The translations under genes were made by a program, and so were the position numbers. From Octopus sinensis (Eukaryota), in the NCBI RefSeq assembly GCF_006345805.1, contig NW_021823806.1, forward strand, positions 1 through 20,849: 20,849 nt of DNA. The letters run 5' to 3'. Numbering within the stretch: position 1 is the first letter of the stretch; the number at the start of each line of letters is the position of its first letter. This document shows, in pieces, positions 20,540 through 20,849 of the stretch. The notes beneath the pieces were generated by a model that was given only the letters and a program-made list of their open reading frames with translations, searched no databases and was not told the DNA's origin.

Positions 20540-20730
20540 AGAAGGGCTGTTGACGCCGAACGAAAAAAAAGTATTGGAAACGCAGAATTTTTTATGGACG
20601 ACGAGCGGAGGAAAAAGAGTGTCGTCCATTACCTTGAAAGAGCCAGGCGAGAGAGACAGCAGCGGAAGTGACGTCGCGGGTGAACGACGGGAAGGCGGAA
20701 GTCACGTTGCGGGTGAACGACGGGAAGGGG
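20540..20730 (-). promoter_or_regulatory. CpG-rich candidate promoter and first exon: tandem 33-bp repeat with ETS/CRE composite motif, plus splice donor at 20633
   Basis: About 20 CpGs in ~190 bp; GCGGAAGTGACGTC at 20662 and GCGGAAGTCACGTT at 20695; minus-strand AAG|GTAATG at 20633/20632. Confidence 0.55.
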
Positions 20731-20849
20731 GGAGGAGGAGCAAGAGAAAGGGAGAGGAGAAGGGGAATGGCTGCGAGGAAACCATGAAGAATGGAGAGGG
20801 GGAGAGAGAGAGTGAATAATGAGAGAGAGGAAGAGGACAGGTTAAGTAG

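Noticed and set aside
1-20849. CRISPR array, rRNA or prokaryotic operon
   Set aside because: No constant repeats with unique spacers and no rRNA similarity; the composition is that of a repeat-rich animal genome.

Overview
AT-rich, repeat-dense eukaryotic DNA. The SINE families look like those of Octopus (recognised from memory, not from a search). No complete host gene is present, and most ORFs in the track are microsatellite artefacts. The centrepiece is a ~6.2-kb nest (13124-19340) of R4/Dong-clade non-LTR retrotransposons bounded by (TAA)n-type tracts. A young plus-strand copy (RT, CCHC knuckle, restriction-like endonuclease) appears to split an older minus-strand relative. That older copy also carries a 281-bp insertion with a 10-11 bp target-site duplication, inverted arms and a minimal Penelope-type hammerhead ribozyme motif, followed by a ~240-bp tandem duplication. 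Three more degenerate hammerhead-like motifs are scattered through the window. A ~470-bp degenerate interstitial (TTAGGG)n array begins exactly where a SINE end is cut off. A CpG-rich tandem ETS/CRE promoter-like segment with a minus-strand splice donor (20633) and a minus-strand exon candidate (5342-5507, MDYDNEFVEEETE) suggest, by inference, that most of the window is a ~15-kb first intron of a minus-strand gene.
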